Shown here one piece after another: positions 1-9,791 of a stretch of 64,000 bases of DNA. Within the stretch, counting starts at the first letter, position 1. Each line of letters starts with the position of its first letter. The stretch lies in assembly GCA_034439575.1 (NCBI GenBank), contig JAWXAQ010000016.1, positions 64,001-128,000 of the forward strand, read 5' to 3'. The notes under the pieces are model-generated. The model did not search any database, was not told the origin of the DNA, and saw nothing but the letters and a program-made list of their open reading frames with translations. The stretch comes from Leptospira sp. (GTDB taxonomy: Bacteria; Spirochaetota; Leptospiria; Leptospirales; Leptospiraceae). The position numbers and the translations under genes are program-made.

Positions 1-1256
1 ATACTATCTCTTTGTCCCTTTCTGATTTAAGAAGCAAGCTTTCTAGACTTACTTCCGAACTAACTGAAGCTGAAAAGAAATCTTCTCTTCTCTCAAGAGT
101 TCCTTGCAATGGGGTGGAGGTTTCGGGTAAGAAGCTAACAGAATCATGCGAATTGCTTGCTGATGCGGTGGCGGCTCAATCAAGAATCGTCGAGATTAAA
201 AAGGACTTCGATCAAGTTACTATAGACTCTAATGTTCTCGTTCTTAAGTCAGATCAAATCAACCTGCAGTTAAAGACTATTGACGATTCAAAGTTAAAGG
301 AATCGGAAAAGTTAAAGAACTTTGATTCCCTCGCAGAATTTAAAACCGAGATCGAAAAAATCAGAAAGGAAATCCAATCTGAAAAATTGAAACTCACTCA
401 GTATGCAGATATCGAAAAGCAAATTGCGAATCTTGCTTTGGTCGACGAACGAGTAAAAGACTACCAGGGAAAGATCGATATTGCTAATTCCAAAAAAGCA
501 GAATTGACAATGAATTTAGAGAGCCTCGTAAAGTTGATTTCTGACAAACAATCCGAAGTCGATGTTCTCGAAGGAGTGGAAGAAGATCTTCGAATCAAGA
601 CTGAATGGAAGAAAATAGCTTCTTCTAAGCGAGACGAATTGATTTCTAAAATTTCCAAACTCGAAGCAAAACTAACTCAAATCGAGGAAGCGAAATCGAG
701 ATTAGAATCCCTTGGAACTCAAGCAAAACTAGATCGACTAACTAGGCTTAAGAACTTGGCTGAGGCTCTATCTCCAAAAGGAGTCCGTGCTTTGAAACTT
801 GATGCAGCTGGTCCCGAGATTTCCCAAACAATCAACGATATCCTTTCCGAGTGTTACGGCACTAGATTCCAAGTTGCGATTCGTACAACGAAGGAAACTG
901 GAAAGGGCGTAACGAAAGAAGACTTCTCGATCGTAGTTCTCGATGAAGAAACTGGAGAGGAAACTTTCGTTGATAACAAGTCAGGCGGTCAGGAAGCAAT
1001 CATCAAAGAAGGGATCTCACTAGGAGTCGCTGTATTTAAAAAACAAAAGACCGGTGCGGATATCAGAACTTTGATACGAGACGAAGCGGACGGAGGACTC
1101 ACGTCCAAGAATGCTCATCTTTATCAGAAGATGCTTGATAAAGCAATGATCATGGGCGGATTCGCTCAAGTGATTTTTGTATCTCATAAACCTGAGATTC
1201 AAGAACTCGCGACAACTGTATTTCGCGTGGGTGATGGTAAGGTTGTACAATTATGA
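1..1256 (+). CDS. SbcC/Rad50-like SMC ATPase, C-terminal part (5' truncated by the window)
   Basis: Long coiled coil, signature KSGGQ, Walker B LIRDE, H-loop FVSH. Confidence 0.85.
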   Translation, partial: TISLSLSDLRSKLSRLTSELTEAEKKSSLLSRVPCNGVEVSGKKLTESCELLADAVAAQSRIVEIKKDFDQVTIDSNVLVLKSDQINLQLKTIDDSKLKESEKLKNFDSLAEFKTEIEKIRKEIQSEKLKLTQYADIEKQIANLALVDERVKDYQGKIDIANSKKAELTMNLESLVKLISDKQSEVDVLEGVEEDLRIKTEWKKIASSKRDELISKISKLEAKLTQIEEAKSRLESLGTQAKLDRLTRLKNLAEALSPKGVRALKLDAAGPEISQTINDILSECYGTRFQVAIRTTKETGKGVTKEDFSIVVLDEETGEETFVDNKSGGQEAIIKEGISLGVAVFKKQKTGADIRTLIRDEADGGLTSKNAHLYQKMLDKAMIMGGFAQVIFVSHKPEIQELATTVFRVGDGKVVQL

Positions 1257-1444
1257 AAAAGAGAATTAAAAGATTGTTAAATCATATCCGCGATTTACGA
1301 GCCGAAATGTCAGAAATGAGAAAAATACATAAAATGAAAATGCAACTCCTTAATGAAGTTCAGTTTGTCTTAGTGGATCTTTGGAGAGAGAACGATTCCT
1401 TAAAAAAGGAATTGAATCAAATCCAAATGAAGGAGGCTGCATAA
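1253..1444 (+). CDS. Small coiled-coil phage protein
   Basis: ATGA overlap with upstream gene. Confidence 0.6.
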   Translation: MKKRIKRLLNHIRDLRAEMSEMRKIHKMKMQLLNEVQFVLVDLWRENDSLKKELNQIQMKEAA

Positions 1445-1445
1445 G

Positions 1446-1571
1446 ATGTTTTCAGTAATTCACGTAATCATTCTGTGCGTTCTGGTTTCGTTTTTGTTCG
1501 GTTTGTTAGTTGGTAAATGGATGGCTTCGAAAAAGAAGCCAGTCCATTTTATCTCAAATCTACCGAGATAG
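1446..1571 (+). CDS. 41-aa single-TM membrane peptide (not in ORF track)
   Basis: GGAGG upstream of ATG; MFSVIHVIILCVLVSFLFGLLVGKWMASKKK. Confidence 0.55.
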   Translation: MFSVIHVIILCVLVSFLFGLLVGKWMASKKKPVHFISNLPR

Positions 1572-1608
1572 CTATTGTTATTTTTTAAAGAGACATAAGG
1601 AAGAAAAA

Positions 1609-2085
1609 TTGAAACCAGAAGATTATAGATGTGATCCATTAACCGCACAAATGAATTTGCCTCCTTCAGAGGCAATCGTTTGGACAACGCTATGGACATT
1701 TCAAGGTAACAATGAATATGCGTTTCCTTCTTTGGCTGCAATCTCTGAACGAATGGGAGGAATGCTGAAGCCGAAGCGCATATCTCAAATAATACAAAAG
1801 CTTAAAAAGAAAGGTTGGTTAGACGCTAAGAAGGTTGGATATCGAGGAACGAATCATTATCGTGTTTTTGTTCCTGAAGATTTATTGTTCAAACCAAATT
1901 TTGGAAAGAGAGAAAAGAACAAGGTTTACCAAGAGAAAATTAAAAAGCAACAGAAACCAAAGTTAGATTTCGATCTACCAAAAATTCAAATCATAACACC
2001 AGAAAGGAGAATACCAACTGATGAAGAAGTTTGGGCACTAAGTAAAGAGGTTTTTGAGTTCTATGATGAGATGGAAGCTGCATGA
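1609..2085 (+). CDS. Winged-HTH phage replication initiator-like protein
   Basis: YAFPSLAAISERM...IIQKLKKKGWL...TNHYRV is typical of HTH_36-type initiators; TTG start at 1609 after AAGGA preferred to 1510. Confidence 0.7.
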   Translation: MKPEDYRCDPLTAQMNLPPSEAIVWTTLWTFQGNNEYAFPSLAAISERMGGMLKPKRISQIIQKLKKKGWLDAKKVGYRGTNHYRVFVPEDLLFKPNFGKREKNKVYQEKIKKQQKPKLDFDLPKIQIITPERRIPTDEEVWALSKEVFEFYDEMEAA

Positions 2086-2378
2086 AGTTACCAACAAAAT
2101 GCAAATTGAAAACTTGGCCTTGCGATGTTGCAAAATGCGATTGTGAGCGTATTGCAATAAGTCGAGAGCCAGAGAAATGGATCTCCCTCATGGCTATCGC
2201 TGAACACAAAAAAACGGGAGAAGATGCCCAGGTTGTAATTGAACGATTAGTTTCAAACCAATGGAAAAATCTTAGAGGAGACCGTCCTCTTGATATCAAT
2301 AAATTCCATAAACGATTACAAACAGAGAATTTAAAAAAGATTATTTCGGAAGAAAAGGAAAAGGTAACAGGAACATGA
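2082..2378 (+). CDS. Hypothetical phage protein with N-terminal cysteines
   Basis: ATGA-coupled ORF. Confidence 0.6.
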   Translation: MKLPTKCKLKTWPCDVAKCDCERIAISREPEKWISLMAIAEHKKTGEDAQVVIERLVSNQWKNLRGDRPLDINKFHKRLQTENLKKIISEEKEKVTGT

Positions 2379-3109
2379 TGGAAGCACAAGTAATTGAACA
2401 AACACAAGACCAACTTGATAGAGAAGTGGCTTGTAAAACTTACACAGTAATGTCCGCAGATATTAAGAGCTCATTAAAATTAAAAGCTCAGGTCTTGCAG
2501 AACTTTGAAATCTCAGTTGATACAGGAGTAAAAACTCAAACTGGTATTTGGAGTATTGTAAACGAAATCAAAGAGATTGTGAATGAATTCCATGAATGGG
2601 ATCTTCCTACTTCAAAAGAACTCGATAGGCTATTGAACGATCATATTTCAATTCTCGCAATGCGATTTCAGAATCAAGAGTTGCTTGAGATGGAAAATAA
2701 ATTGAAAGATAAATTTCGTAGGCTCCCATCTATCGAAACAATCAGGATCAATTCGATTAAGTGCAAGGATATGAAGATCGCAGGATTTGCGAGACCAATC
2801 TTTGAGATGAAATACCAATCAAATGATAACAGGACTCTTCTTCCTGTAGAATACACATTGATTATCACGAGAGGCGATCTCACTCAAATTCTAAGTTCAG
2901 AAGAACCTACTGCCTTTCTTCAGTTACGTCATCTTTGCGAGGAATTTTTCTCTGAAGCAGATCTTCATCTCATGAATTTCAATAAGGAAGTAGAGAAGCA
3001 GAAAAACAAAATTATGGAGAAATCCAAGGAAGAGAATTCGCAACTCAAACTTTCCATCGTTCCAAATCCTGGAGACAAAACCGACGGAGATATCGAAGAT
3101 GAAGACTAA
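2375..3109 (+). CDS. Hypothetical phage protein
   Basis: 244-aa coupled ORF. Confidence 0.65.
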   Translation: MMEAQVIEQTQDQLDREVACKTYTVMSADIKSSLKLKAQVLQNFEISVDTGVKTQTGIWSIVNEIKEIVNEFHEWDLPTSKELDRLLNDHISILAMRFQNQELLEMENKLKDKFRRLPSIETIRINSIKCKDMKIAGFARPIFEMKYQSNDNRTLLPVEYTLIITRGDLTQILSSEEPTAFLQLRHLCEEFFSEADLHLMNFNKEVEKQKNKIMEKSKEENSQLKLSIVPNPGDKTDGDIEDED

Positions 3110-3581
3110 AAACAGATTTCATATAAGAACCGCTAGGCGCAAAAACCCTAAAGGTAAATCTCCTATGGCTCTTCTTCTTACAGCTCCTTCTGAAGCGAAA
3201 GAACAAACAATGCTCATTGAAATGATATCGATCAAATATCCAAATTTGATTTTCAGAGTCGGTATGGAAGCAGGCAAACGAAACCCTCGTTTTGCGAAAG
3301 AACAAGGCGTTTCATCTGGATGGCCAGATTTGTATTTTCCGTACGAGAGCAGAGGATATAAGGCTCTTTGGATTGAGTTAAAGAAGCGAGATGCAAAGCT
3401 TTTTAAGAAAGATAAAGTTACTCCTAAGGACCAGAGAATTGCAAACCAAATAAGGATTATGAATTTTTTGGAGAACCGTGGTCATGTCGCCAAATTCTGC
3501 TTTGGTGCTAAAGAAGCTTTGAATACCATCGATTGGTATCTAAATGAAGAAGAGAAACAATTTGCTGGAGAAATAAAATGA
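3099..3581 (+). CDS. VRR-NUC-like PD-(D/E)XK nuclease (candidate resolvase)
   Basis: GVSSGWPDL...LWIELK...Q motif pattern. Confidence 0.8.
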   Translation: MKTKNRFHIRTARRKNPKGKSPMALLLTAPSEAKEQTMLIEMISIKYPNLIFRVGMEAGKRNPRFAKEQGVSSGWPDLYFPYESRGYKALWIELKKRDAKLFKKDKVTPKDQRIANQIRIMNFLENRGHVAKFCFGAKEALNTIDWYLNEEEKQFAGEIK

Positions 3582-3970
3582 TTTCAGATACCGTAATAAT
3601 AAGTTTAAGAGGAATCGAGTGTTGCAATTGTCATGCAGTTTTCGGGATGACAGCTGATGCAAAACAAAGATACGAACGTGATCATAGATCTTTTAAATGC
3701 CCTTATTGTTTTACTTCTCAATCGTATCGAGGGAAGTCTGATTTAGAGTTAGCCCAAGAAGCGTTAGAACGTGAACGAAAGAAAAACGAAGATAAAAATA
3801 TCCAACTTCGCCATCTTGAAAATTCGCTAATCGCGGAGAAAGGACAAAAAACAAAGCTCAAGAAAAAACTTGAGCGAGTTCAAAATGGGTTATGCCCAGA
3901 TTGCAATAAGTCATTTAAGCATCTTGCAAAGCATATGAAATCGAAACATGGTTGTCGTGAGGATCTATGA
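3578..3970 (+). CDS. Zinc-binding coiled-coil protein with C-terminal C2H2 finger
   Basis: CCNC, CPYC, CPDC...HLAKHMKSKH. Confidence 0.75.
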   Translation: MISDTVIISLRGIECCNCHAVFGMTADAKQRYERDHRSFKCPYCFTSQSYRGKSDLELAQEALERERKKNEDKNIQLRHLENSLIAEKGQKTKLKKKLERVQNGLCPDCNKSFKHLAKHMKSKHGCREDL

Positions 3971-4635
3971 TCATGAATGTCATCGACCGCCAAATCTTGA
4001 TTACACCTAGATCGATTGTCCGTAATTACAATGAGTGGGCGGTTCTCAAGGGATATGAGCCTTCGCTTTCGATGTATTCAAATGGGAAAACGTTCTTCGG
4101 TGAGTGGAACTATGGCCAGAACTTCAAAAACATTTCTGGGTATAAAGGAGCATACGCACAACAGGATATATCTCGTCTGCAAGCTTGTATTCCAGATATG
4201 GGAGTCCTTTTGCATTTGTTCTCCGGATCGATGCCAGTTGGTCCATATTATCGCTTGGATAATAATTTCGCAGTGATTTCGGATGCAAGAACAGGCATTG
4301 ATTTCGTCGCCGATGCCACGGAAGCACATCTTTATTTTGAGCACGAATACTTTGATGTCGTGATGGCAGATCCTCCTTGGAGTAAATACCACAGCGAAGA
4401 AATCTATAATTGTAGTTTGGTGGACAAGACTAAGGTCTTGAAATCAGTTCATCAAATCCTAAAACCAGGCGGTCTTTTGATTTGGAAGGATTATGCAAAA
4501 CCAGTTTGGAGTGGAGCAGAGTATGACTATCTCGGAAGAATCTGCATTGATCCTTCCAGCGGTCACGATGATCGAAGTTTTAAATTTTATCAAAAGAAGA
4601 AGGAGATCACGAATGAAATCTTACCTCTGTCATAA
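3967..4635 (+). CDS. SAM-dependent DNA amino-methyltransferase-like protein
   Basis: LHLFSG (motif I-like), VMADPPW (motif IV), ILKPGG. Confidence 0.75.
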   Translation: MIMNVIDRQILITPRSIVRNYNEWAVLKGYEPSLSMYSNGKTFFGEWNYGQNFKNISGYKGAYAQQDISRLQACIPDMGVLLHLFSGSMPVGPYYRLDNNFAVISDARTGIDFVADATEAHLYFEHEYFDVVMADPPWSKYHSEEIYNCSLVDKTKVLKSVHQILKPGGLLIWKDYAKPVWSGAEYDYLGRICIDPSSGHDDRSFKFYQKKKEITNEILPLS

Positions 4636-4780
4636 GTGCGGATCTGATGCGAAATACCAACATGACAACTCCGATCTTTGTGAGTCTTGTTATACGGTCG
4701 AGCTTGGCAAGGAGTTCGATAGACTTCACATCCAGATATATCGGGAAAAATGCGATCGGGAATTGGGGGTGATAAATTAA
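4613..4780 (+). CDS. Small zinc-ribbon protein
   Basis: AGGAG before ATG 4613; CHKC...CESC. Confidence 0.55.
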   Translation: MKSYLCHKCGSDAKYQHDNSDLCESCYTVELGKEFDRLHIQIYREKCDRELGVIN

Positions 4781-5133
4781 TGGAAACGATAGTGCAGCCT
4801 CGCCCTACCAAAGCAAGAAAAGTTCATCGTTGCGATTTCTGTGAGTTAAAAATCGAGCAAGGTGAAACCTACGAACGTTCTGTTCACAAAATGGACGGCT
4901 CAGTGTATGAATGGAAATCTCATCTCGATTGCTCATGGATTGCAAGTGAACTAAATATGTTCGACCACTGCGATGAAGGCTTAACTGGAGAAGCATTCCA
5001 AGAAGAGATTATGATAGAATTTGAAAAGTTAGAGTTTGAGAATCCGACGGAGAGACTTTTTTCCAAATTTCTTTCGCAAGTTATAGAGTATCACAAAGAG
5101 AAATGCGATCGGGAATTGGGAGTGATTGTATGA
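4780..5133 (+). CDS. Hypothetical phage zinc-binding protein
   Basis: KARKVHRCDFC...HLDC, a common early-phage pattern. Confidence 0.65.
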   Translation: METIVQPRPTKARKVHRCDFCELKIEQGETYERSVHKMDGSVYEWKSHLDCSWIASELNMFDHCDEGLTGEAFQEEIMIEFEKLEFENPTERLFSKFLSQVIEYHKEKCDRELGVIV

Positions 5134-5516
5134 ATGAAAATCAAATTATTTTTAAAACGAGGTGGAAAGACCACGAGTCTTTTTTCGGAAATCCTGTTAT
5201 TGAATATGTTGGAAATAAAAAATCAGGTAAATGGATGCTTACTCTTCAGTGTCTTTCACCAAAAATAAGAATAGGCCAATGTGATCTTTGTCGTGTGATA
5301 GATGGTACAGATTTATTCGAAGACGATTGGATTAGAGATATTAGAACAGGAGTTGAATTTCAAATTATTTTCAACGAGGAGTTCCTAGGTTGGTGGTGTG
5401 TTTCTAAAGATAAAACTATCGAATGCCCATTGAATTCTATCATTAAATTTCACGAAAAAATAATTCAGAAGGAAGAAAAGGATGATACTCGGATTCAAGT
5501 CACAATTCAAACATAA
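5130..5516 (+). CDS. Hypothetical protein, weakly YopX-like
   Basis: Coupled ORF; DGTDLFEDD motif. Confidence 0.5.
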   Translation: MNENQIIFKTRWKDHESFFGNPVIEYVGNKKSGKWMLTLQCLSPKIRIGQCDLCRVIDGTDLFEDDWIRDIRTGVEFQIIFNEEFLGWWCVSKDKTIECPLNSIIKFHEKIIQKEEKDDTRIQVTIQT

Positions 5517-5859
5517 GATTCTTTCAGGTGAAAAACTCCATACGATCCGAGCAGATGAGTTGAACCGATGGAAAGCTGGGAAGATCATTCAATTTGCGAC
5601 AGGTCTCAGGACAGCTAACTATGAACAGTTCGCGCTTGGAAGATGTACCAGAGTTTCCGAGATCATTATCAATCCAGAGAACGAACGAGTTTATATTGGG
5701 CATGGATCTGGAATCGTCTATCGAGGACAAGGCGTTCAAGCTTTCGCAAAGAACGACGGTTTCGATTCTCTGGAAGACTTTTGGAAGTGGTTTAACAAAC
5801 CGTTTGAAGGCAAATTGATTTTTTGGCAATTATTTGCGAATGGGAGAGACGAGGGATGA
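5482..5859 (+). CDS. ASCH/PUA-like domain protein
   Basis: ILSGEKLHTIR...FAKNDGF motifs. Confidence 0.75.
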   Translation: MILGFKSQFKHKILSGEKLHTIRADELNRWKAGKIIQFATGLRTANYEQFALGRCTRVSEIIINPENERVYIGHGSGIVYRGQGVQAFAKNDGFDSLEDFWKWFNKPFEGKLIFWQLFANGRDEG

Positions 5860-6305
5860 AAAATACTTTAGAACCAAATCAACTCAGTTTATTCCCTGAA
5901 CCTGAGCATGTTTCAAATTGGTGCATTCTTTGGAATTTATACGGTTTCCCAGAACCAGCGATAGGTGATATCATTGCCATTGGTTGCTGCATAGCGGAAT
6001 TATTAGAACCTGAAGATCCTGAATTTACGCATACTTATCTTTATTGGCAACTTTGTATAATTACAGAGATCAGAAATGACGGAAAGGTTATTTGTGAGTT
6101 TAAGTATAATTTCTCACCAGATAATCCTTGGATTTATGAAAAAATGCTAGGAAAAAAAATCATTTTAGATAGGGAAGATGTCTGCATTCCTTTTCCACAA
6201 GTTGAGTTTCTTTTAGGTCTTCATGAAAAAGGTGAAATTTCAATTCGAAAGGAATACCGACAAGCAATGCTTGGATGGGAAAACGAAGGAGAGGAAGAAG
6301 AATGA
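5856..6305 (+). CDS. Hypothetical phage protein
   Basis: ORF in operon; ATG after GAGGG. Confidence 0.55.
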   Translation: MKNTLEPNQLSLFPEPEHVSNWCILWNLYGFPEPAIGDIIAIGCCIAELLEPEDPEFTHTYLYWQLCIITEIRNDGKVICEFKYNFSPDNPWIYEKMLGKKIILDREDVCIPFPQVEFLLGLHEKGEISIRKEYRQAMLGWENEGEEEE

Positions 6306-6469
6306 AGGTAAAAACATTAATAAGGGAACTGCAAAATTTAGACCCAAGCCAGGATGTAAAATTTTCGACTAAATGTGGCTCAACCTCAGGTAAGGTAACA
6401 GGCGTTTACATGCTCGATAAGGTTACTTTAGAATGTGAAGCCACACATTTTGATGGGGAAAGAATATGA
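6302..6469 (+). CDS. Small hypothetical phage protein
   Basis: MKVKTLIRELQNLDP start is typical of small phage proteins. Confidence 0.55.
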   Translation: MKVKTLIRELQNLDPSQDVKFSTKCGSTSGKVTGVYMLDKVTLECEATHFDGERI

Positions 6470-7764
6470 ATAACTCATCAATCGAATGGACAGACAAAAC
6501 CTGGAATCCTGTTTCAGGCTGCTCAAAGGTTTCCGCTGGATGTAAGAACTGCTATGCGGATGCAATGTTTACGAGATTCAAATCGAAATGGGGTGAGTTC
6601 AACGATGTGAAGTGCCACGAGGACAAACTCGATGAACCGTTTAAGTTGAAGAAGCCGTCAAAGATTTTCGTGAATTCAATGAGCGATTTGTTCCATGAGA
6701 AGGTGCCATTCGAGTTTATCGATAAAGTTATGGCTGTCATTGCACTCAATCCGAAACACACTTTCCAAGTTCTTACCAAAAGACCAGAAAGAATGAAAGA
6801 GTATTTCGATTCATGGAATCAAATTGGCGGTGATTTCAATTTAACTGAGGCGATGGATGAAATAGAGGAAGAACTCTTACGTCACGAAATTTCTGGCGAA
6901 CTCAAAAAGCAATTTCGTCCCGAACGTGGAAATGAAATCGATGACTCATTAATATACGATTCACGTCCACCTGTCATTCTGAAAAACCTATGGCTCGGTG
7001 TCTCTGTCGAAGATCAAAAGACCGCCGATGAGAGAATCCCAGTTTTGTTACATATTCCAAGCTACATTCGGTTTCTATCCTGTGAACCGTTATTAGGTCG
7101 AATTAAGTTCGATGATCTTTTAAAAAATTGGAATGCTTATGATCCAAAAATGTTCAAAATCGATTGGGTAATTGTAGGAGGGGAATCTGGAATAGGGGCA
7201 AGAGAGATGCATCCAGACTGGGTTCGCTCTATCTTGAGTGAATGTGCCGATATGAGTATACCATTCTTTTTCAAGCAGTGGGGGGAGTGGATCTCGACAG
7301 ATCAAGGTTCAGAACTTGATGAAATTCCCGTAAAGCCAGAACATTTAATTCCTATAAATATAGGAGGAAGACTGTCGACGCATTCTTTGATAAAAGTCGG
7401 CAAGAAAAAAGCTGGCTCATTGTTAGACGGCAAAGAATGGAAAGAGTTTCCAAGGGTTGGGGGAATGAGTATGGAAAATAATAAACCAACAGAACTTGAA
7501 GAAAAAATCATACAAGCTGCACATATCGCTTGTATGGAATCTGGAATGGAAAAATCTCCAACCCCTAATCGGCTAATTGATAAACTTCGCAAAATCATGC
7601 CACCTACTTGCACAACTAACGAAAGGCAATTTTTGGATGAGATAAGAGAAAAGTGCAAATGGTTCCCATACAGTGATGGAATGATTGGAATGAAACCAAA
7701 TGGCAACGCGACCAACATTTTTCAGGTAAATTTTGAGACAAACTTAAGGGAGCTAGTAGAATGA
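6466..7764 (+). CDS. DUF5131 / phage Gp37-Gp68 family radical-SAM-like protein with C-terminal extension
   Basis: SIEWTDKTWNPVSGCSKVSAGCKNCYA, FVNSMSDLFHE, SCEPLLG, WVIVGGESG, FFFKQWGEW. Confidence 0.9.
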   Translation: MNNSSIEWTDKTWNPVSGCSKVSAGCKNCYADAMFTRFKSKWGEFNDVKCHEDKLDEPFKLKKPSKIFVNSMSDLFHEKVPFEFIDKVMAVIALNPKHTFQVLTKRPERMKEYFDSWNQIGGDFNLTEAMDEIEEELLRHEISGELKKQFRPERGNEIDDSLIYDSRPPVILKNLWLGVSVEDQKTADERIPVLLHIPSYIRFLSCEPLLGRIKFDDLLKNWNAYDPKMFKIDWVIVGGESGIGAREMHPDWVRSILSECADMSIPFFFKQWGEWISTDQGSELDEIPVKPEHLIPINIGGRLSTHSLIKVGKKKAGSLLDGKEWKEFPRVGGMSMENNKPTELEEKIIQAAHIACMESGMEKSPTPNRLIDKLRKIMPPTCTTNERQFLDEIREKCKWFPYSDGMIGMKPNGNATNIFQVNFETNLRELVE

Positions 7765-8171
7765 GTGAAATTAAATACGATAACGAAAAAAACGTTTGTG
7801 CTTGCGATAAATTTTCATTTCTTTTGGACGACTACGAATCCGAACGTCTTGCACATGAAGCGACAAAGCGAGAACTGGAACAACAAAAGCACGATACCTA
7901 CCTAGTAACTAAAGAATATGAACGAGTATCAAAGGAACTGGAAGAGTTAAAACTAATTAACAAAATCGCGGTTCAAGGGTTAAACGATGCTTTAAAAGAA
8001 AAACAAAAACAATTTGAAGACTTAACTAGGCTGATCCAATTTGTGATTCCAAAGACCCAGGTTAGTCTATTCTCTGAAAGTGTAAAATCACCTAGGGCGC
8101 ATAAAGCAATTATTGGTTGTATTAATAAAATGACAGCAATTATCGAATCATCAAGAGGTAATCATGAGTAA
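7761..8171 (+). CDS. Hypothetical coiled-coil phage protein
   Basis: Coupled ORF. Confidence 0.6.
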   Translation: MSEIKYDNEKNVCACDKFSFLLDDYESERLAHEATKRELEQQKHDTYLVTKEYERVSKELEELKLINKIAVQGLNDALKEKQKQFEDLTRLIQFVIPKTQVSLFSESVKSPRAHKAIIGCINKMTAIIESSRGNHE

Positions 8172-8475
8172 GATACGAAGATTCACAACAAACCCGATTC
8201 AAGGACACCCTCCATGCATTTTTGAAACAGAAGATGGCGAACTATGCTTATATTCGGATTTGGAAGCGACAAAGCGAGAACTGGAAGAGTTGCAAGTTGC
8301 GTTGCAAAATATAGCTCACCCTATTAATTATTTGCAAAATTTAGCTGATAAAGAAGGGCATAAATTAAGTGGCGAAAAAGCCATCAAGTTGAGCCAAGAC
8401 CCAAATTGGCTTACAGGATTGGCTAAAAACGCAATCGAAGCCTCCCGTCAAAGAGCAAAGGAGAAACAAGGATGA
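8164..8475 (+). CDS. Hypothetical phage protein
   Basis: Coupled ORF; shares EATKRELE with the upstream gene. Confidence 0.6.
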   Translation: MSKIRRFTTNPIQGHPPCIFETEDGELCLYSDLEATKRELEELQVALQNIAHPINYLQNLADKEGHKLSGEKAIKLSQDPNWLTGLAKNAIEASRQRAKEKQG

Positions 8476-8711
8476 GCTCACAAATTTGTATCCACTGTCA
8501 ATGCCTAATGCATCCTTTCGAAAGTGAAAAAGGAAACGGTAACGAGTGCATGGGTTGTATTGATCCACGAGATGAAATTGAGGATGATGATCCTTATTTT
8601 TTTTGTGATGATTGCCAATATGATTTTTGCTCTGATTTTGGTTGTGAAATAAAAAATGGGATTTTGCAACCAGATGTAGAAGGGTGGGGGATGCCGTTAA
8701 GTGAAAGATGA
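8472..8711 (+). CDS. Cys-rich acidic small protein
   Basis: Several CxxC motifs. Confidence 0.55.
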   Translation: MSSQICIHCQCLMHPFESEKGNGNECMGCIDPRDEIEDDDPYFFCDDCQYDFCSDFGCEIKNGILQPDVEGWGMPLSER

Positions 8712-8729
8712 AAAAAAAGGAACCAAACA

Positions 8730-9077
8730 ATGATAAGATTTTTTAATATATTCTTTTATTTCCAAATCCTCATCTTGTTTTCAAAAAGGCTTCGGGAACT
8801 TTACCGATATTCTCCTATAGAAGTTCGTGGAATGACCTTCCCAGGATTAATGCTTTTTCGTCCTTCATTTGCATTCTCAAAGTACCATAAAAATACAATC
8901 GTATGCTTAGAGAATAATGAGAATCAAATGAATATCAGAGCAGATTTCTTTATTCAAGGTCTGGTAGAAAATCCAGAAATTTGGAAAAAAATTGAAGAGG
9001 CAAGAACTAGATTTATAACTGAAAGAAACTGCGAAGTCAAATACGGTGATGCGTGGTTTAGGATTAAAGAGTTCTAG
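8730..9077 (+). CDS. Hypothetical protein
   Basis: ORF with AAGGA RBS. Confidence 0.55.
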   Translation: MIRFFNIFFYFQILILFSKRLRELYRYSPIEVRGMTFPGLMLFRPSFAFSKYHKNTIVCLENNENQMNIRADFFIQGLVENPEIWKKIEEARTRFITERNCEVKYGDAWFRIKEF

Positions 9078-9470
9078 ATGATACCAATTTGTAGAGTTTG
9101 GGATATCAAAAATGAAAAGATGATCTATCTTTCGGAATTTGAGAGATGGGGAATTATCGATCATACCAAAGATTCTACTCAAATCGCAACCGGACCAAAT
9201 TGTATTTTTGTCTCTGATAATCCCGAATGCTTTGTTTGGATGCAGTTCTTGGGAACTCAAGATGCAAATGGGAATGATATTTTTGAGTTAGATATTCTAA
9301 AAGATGAATGGCATGATAATAATTACGCAATACCTTCCATAGAAGAAGGTCAGATTAATTTCAATTTAGGAATATTCGAATGTGGCGTTTCCCAAGCAAA
9401 TGATTCTATTAAGCTTGGAAATAAATTTGAAAATAAAGATATCTTCGAAAGAGTAGCAGAATTTTTATGA
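9078..9470 (+). CDS. YopX family protein
   Basis: RVWD...KMIY...MQFLGTQDANGNDIFELDIL...LGNKFEN. Confidence 0.8.
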   Translation: MIPICRVWDIKNEKMIYLSEFERWGIIDHTKDSTQIATGPNCIFVSDNPECFVWMQFLGTQDANGNDIFELDILKDEWHDNNYAIPSIEEGQINFNLGIFECGVSQANDSIKLGNKFENKDIFERVAEFL

Positions 9471-9703
9471 ACGATTTAGAAAAAAAGGAAATTATGCTGA
9501 AATGGGTAGCCGATTGTGCTGAACTTCAGGCATTAAAAGAAATAGAAATCGCAAAAGTAAAAATCAATTTGGCAACTTCCTTACTAAAAAATCCTCTAGG
9601 AACATTATTAGCTTTATCAACAACAGATTTTTACCAAAACCAAATAGACGCGATTCGATCACAGGCACCTCCACCATGTCCGTTATGGTTTAAGGAAGGT
9701 TAA
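9467..9703 (+). CDS. Hypothetical protein
   Basis: Coupled ORF. Confidence 0.55.
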   Translation: MNDLEKKEIMLKWVADCAELQALKEIEIAKVKINLATSLLKNPLGTLLALSTTDFYQNQIDAIRSQAPPPCPLWFKEG

Positions 9704-9758
9704 TTCCCCAGTATATCAAAAAAATAGTTTACTTCTAAGTTCATTCTTTAGTGTGAAA

Positions 9759-9778
9759 TATAACTAATTAATGTTATA
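9759..9778. promoter_or_regulatory. Palindromic operator-like site upstream of the modification cassette
   Basis: TATAAC-N8-GTTATA in an AT-rich intergenic gap, the largest of the early region. Confidence 0.35.
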
Positions 9779-9791
9779 CGAGGTAGATTAG

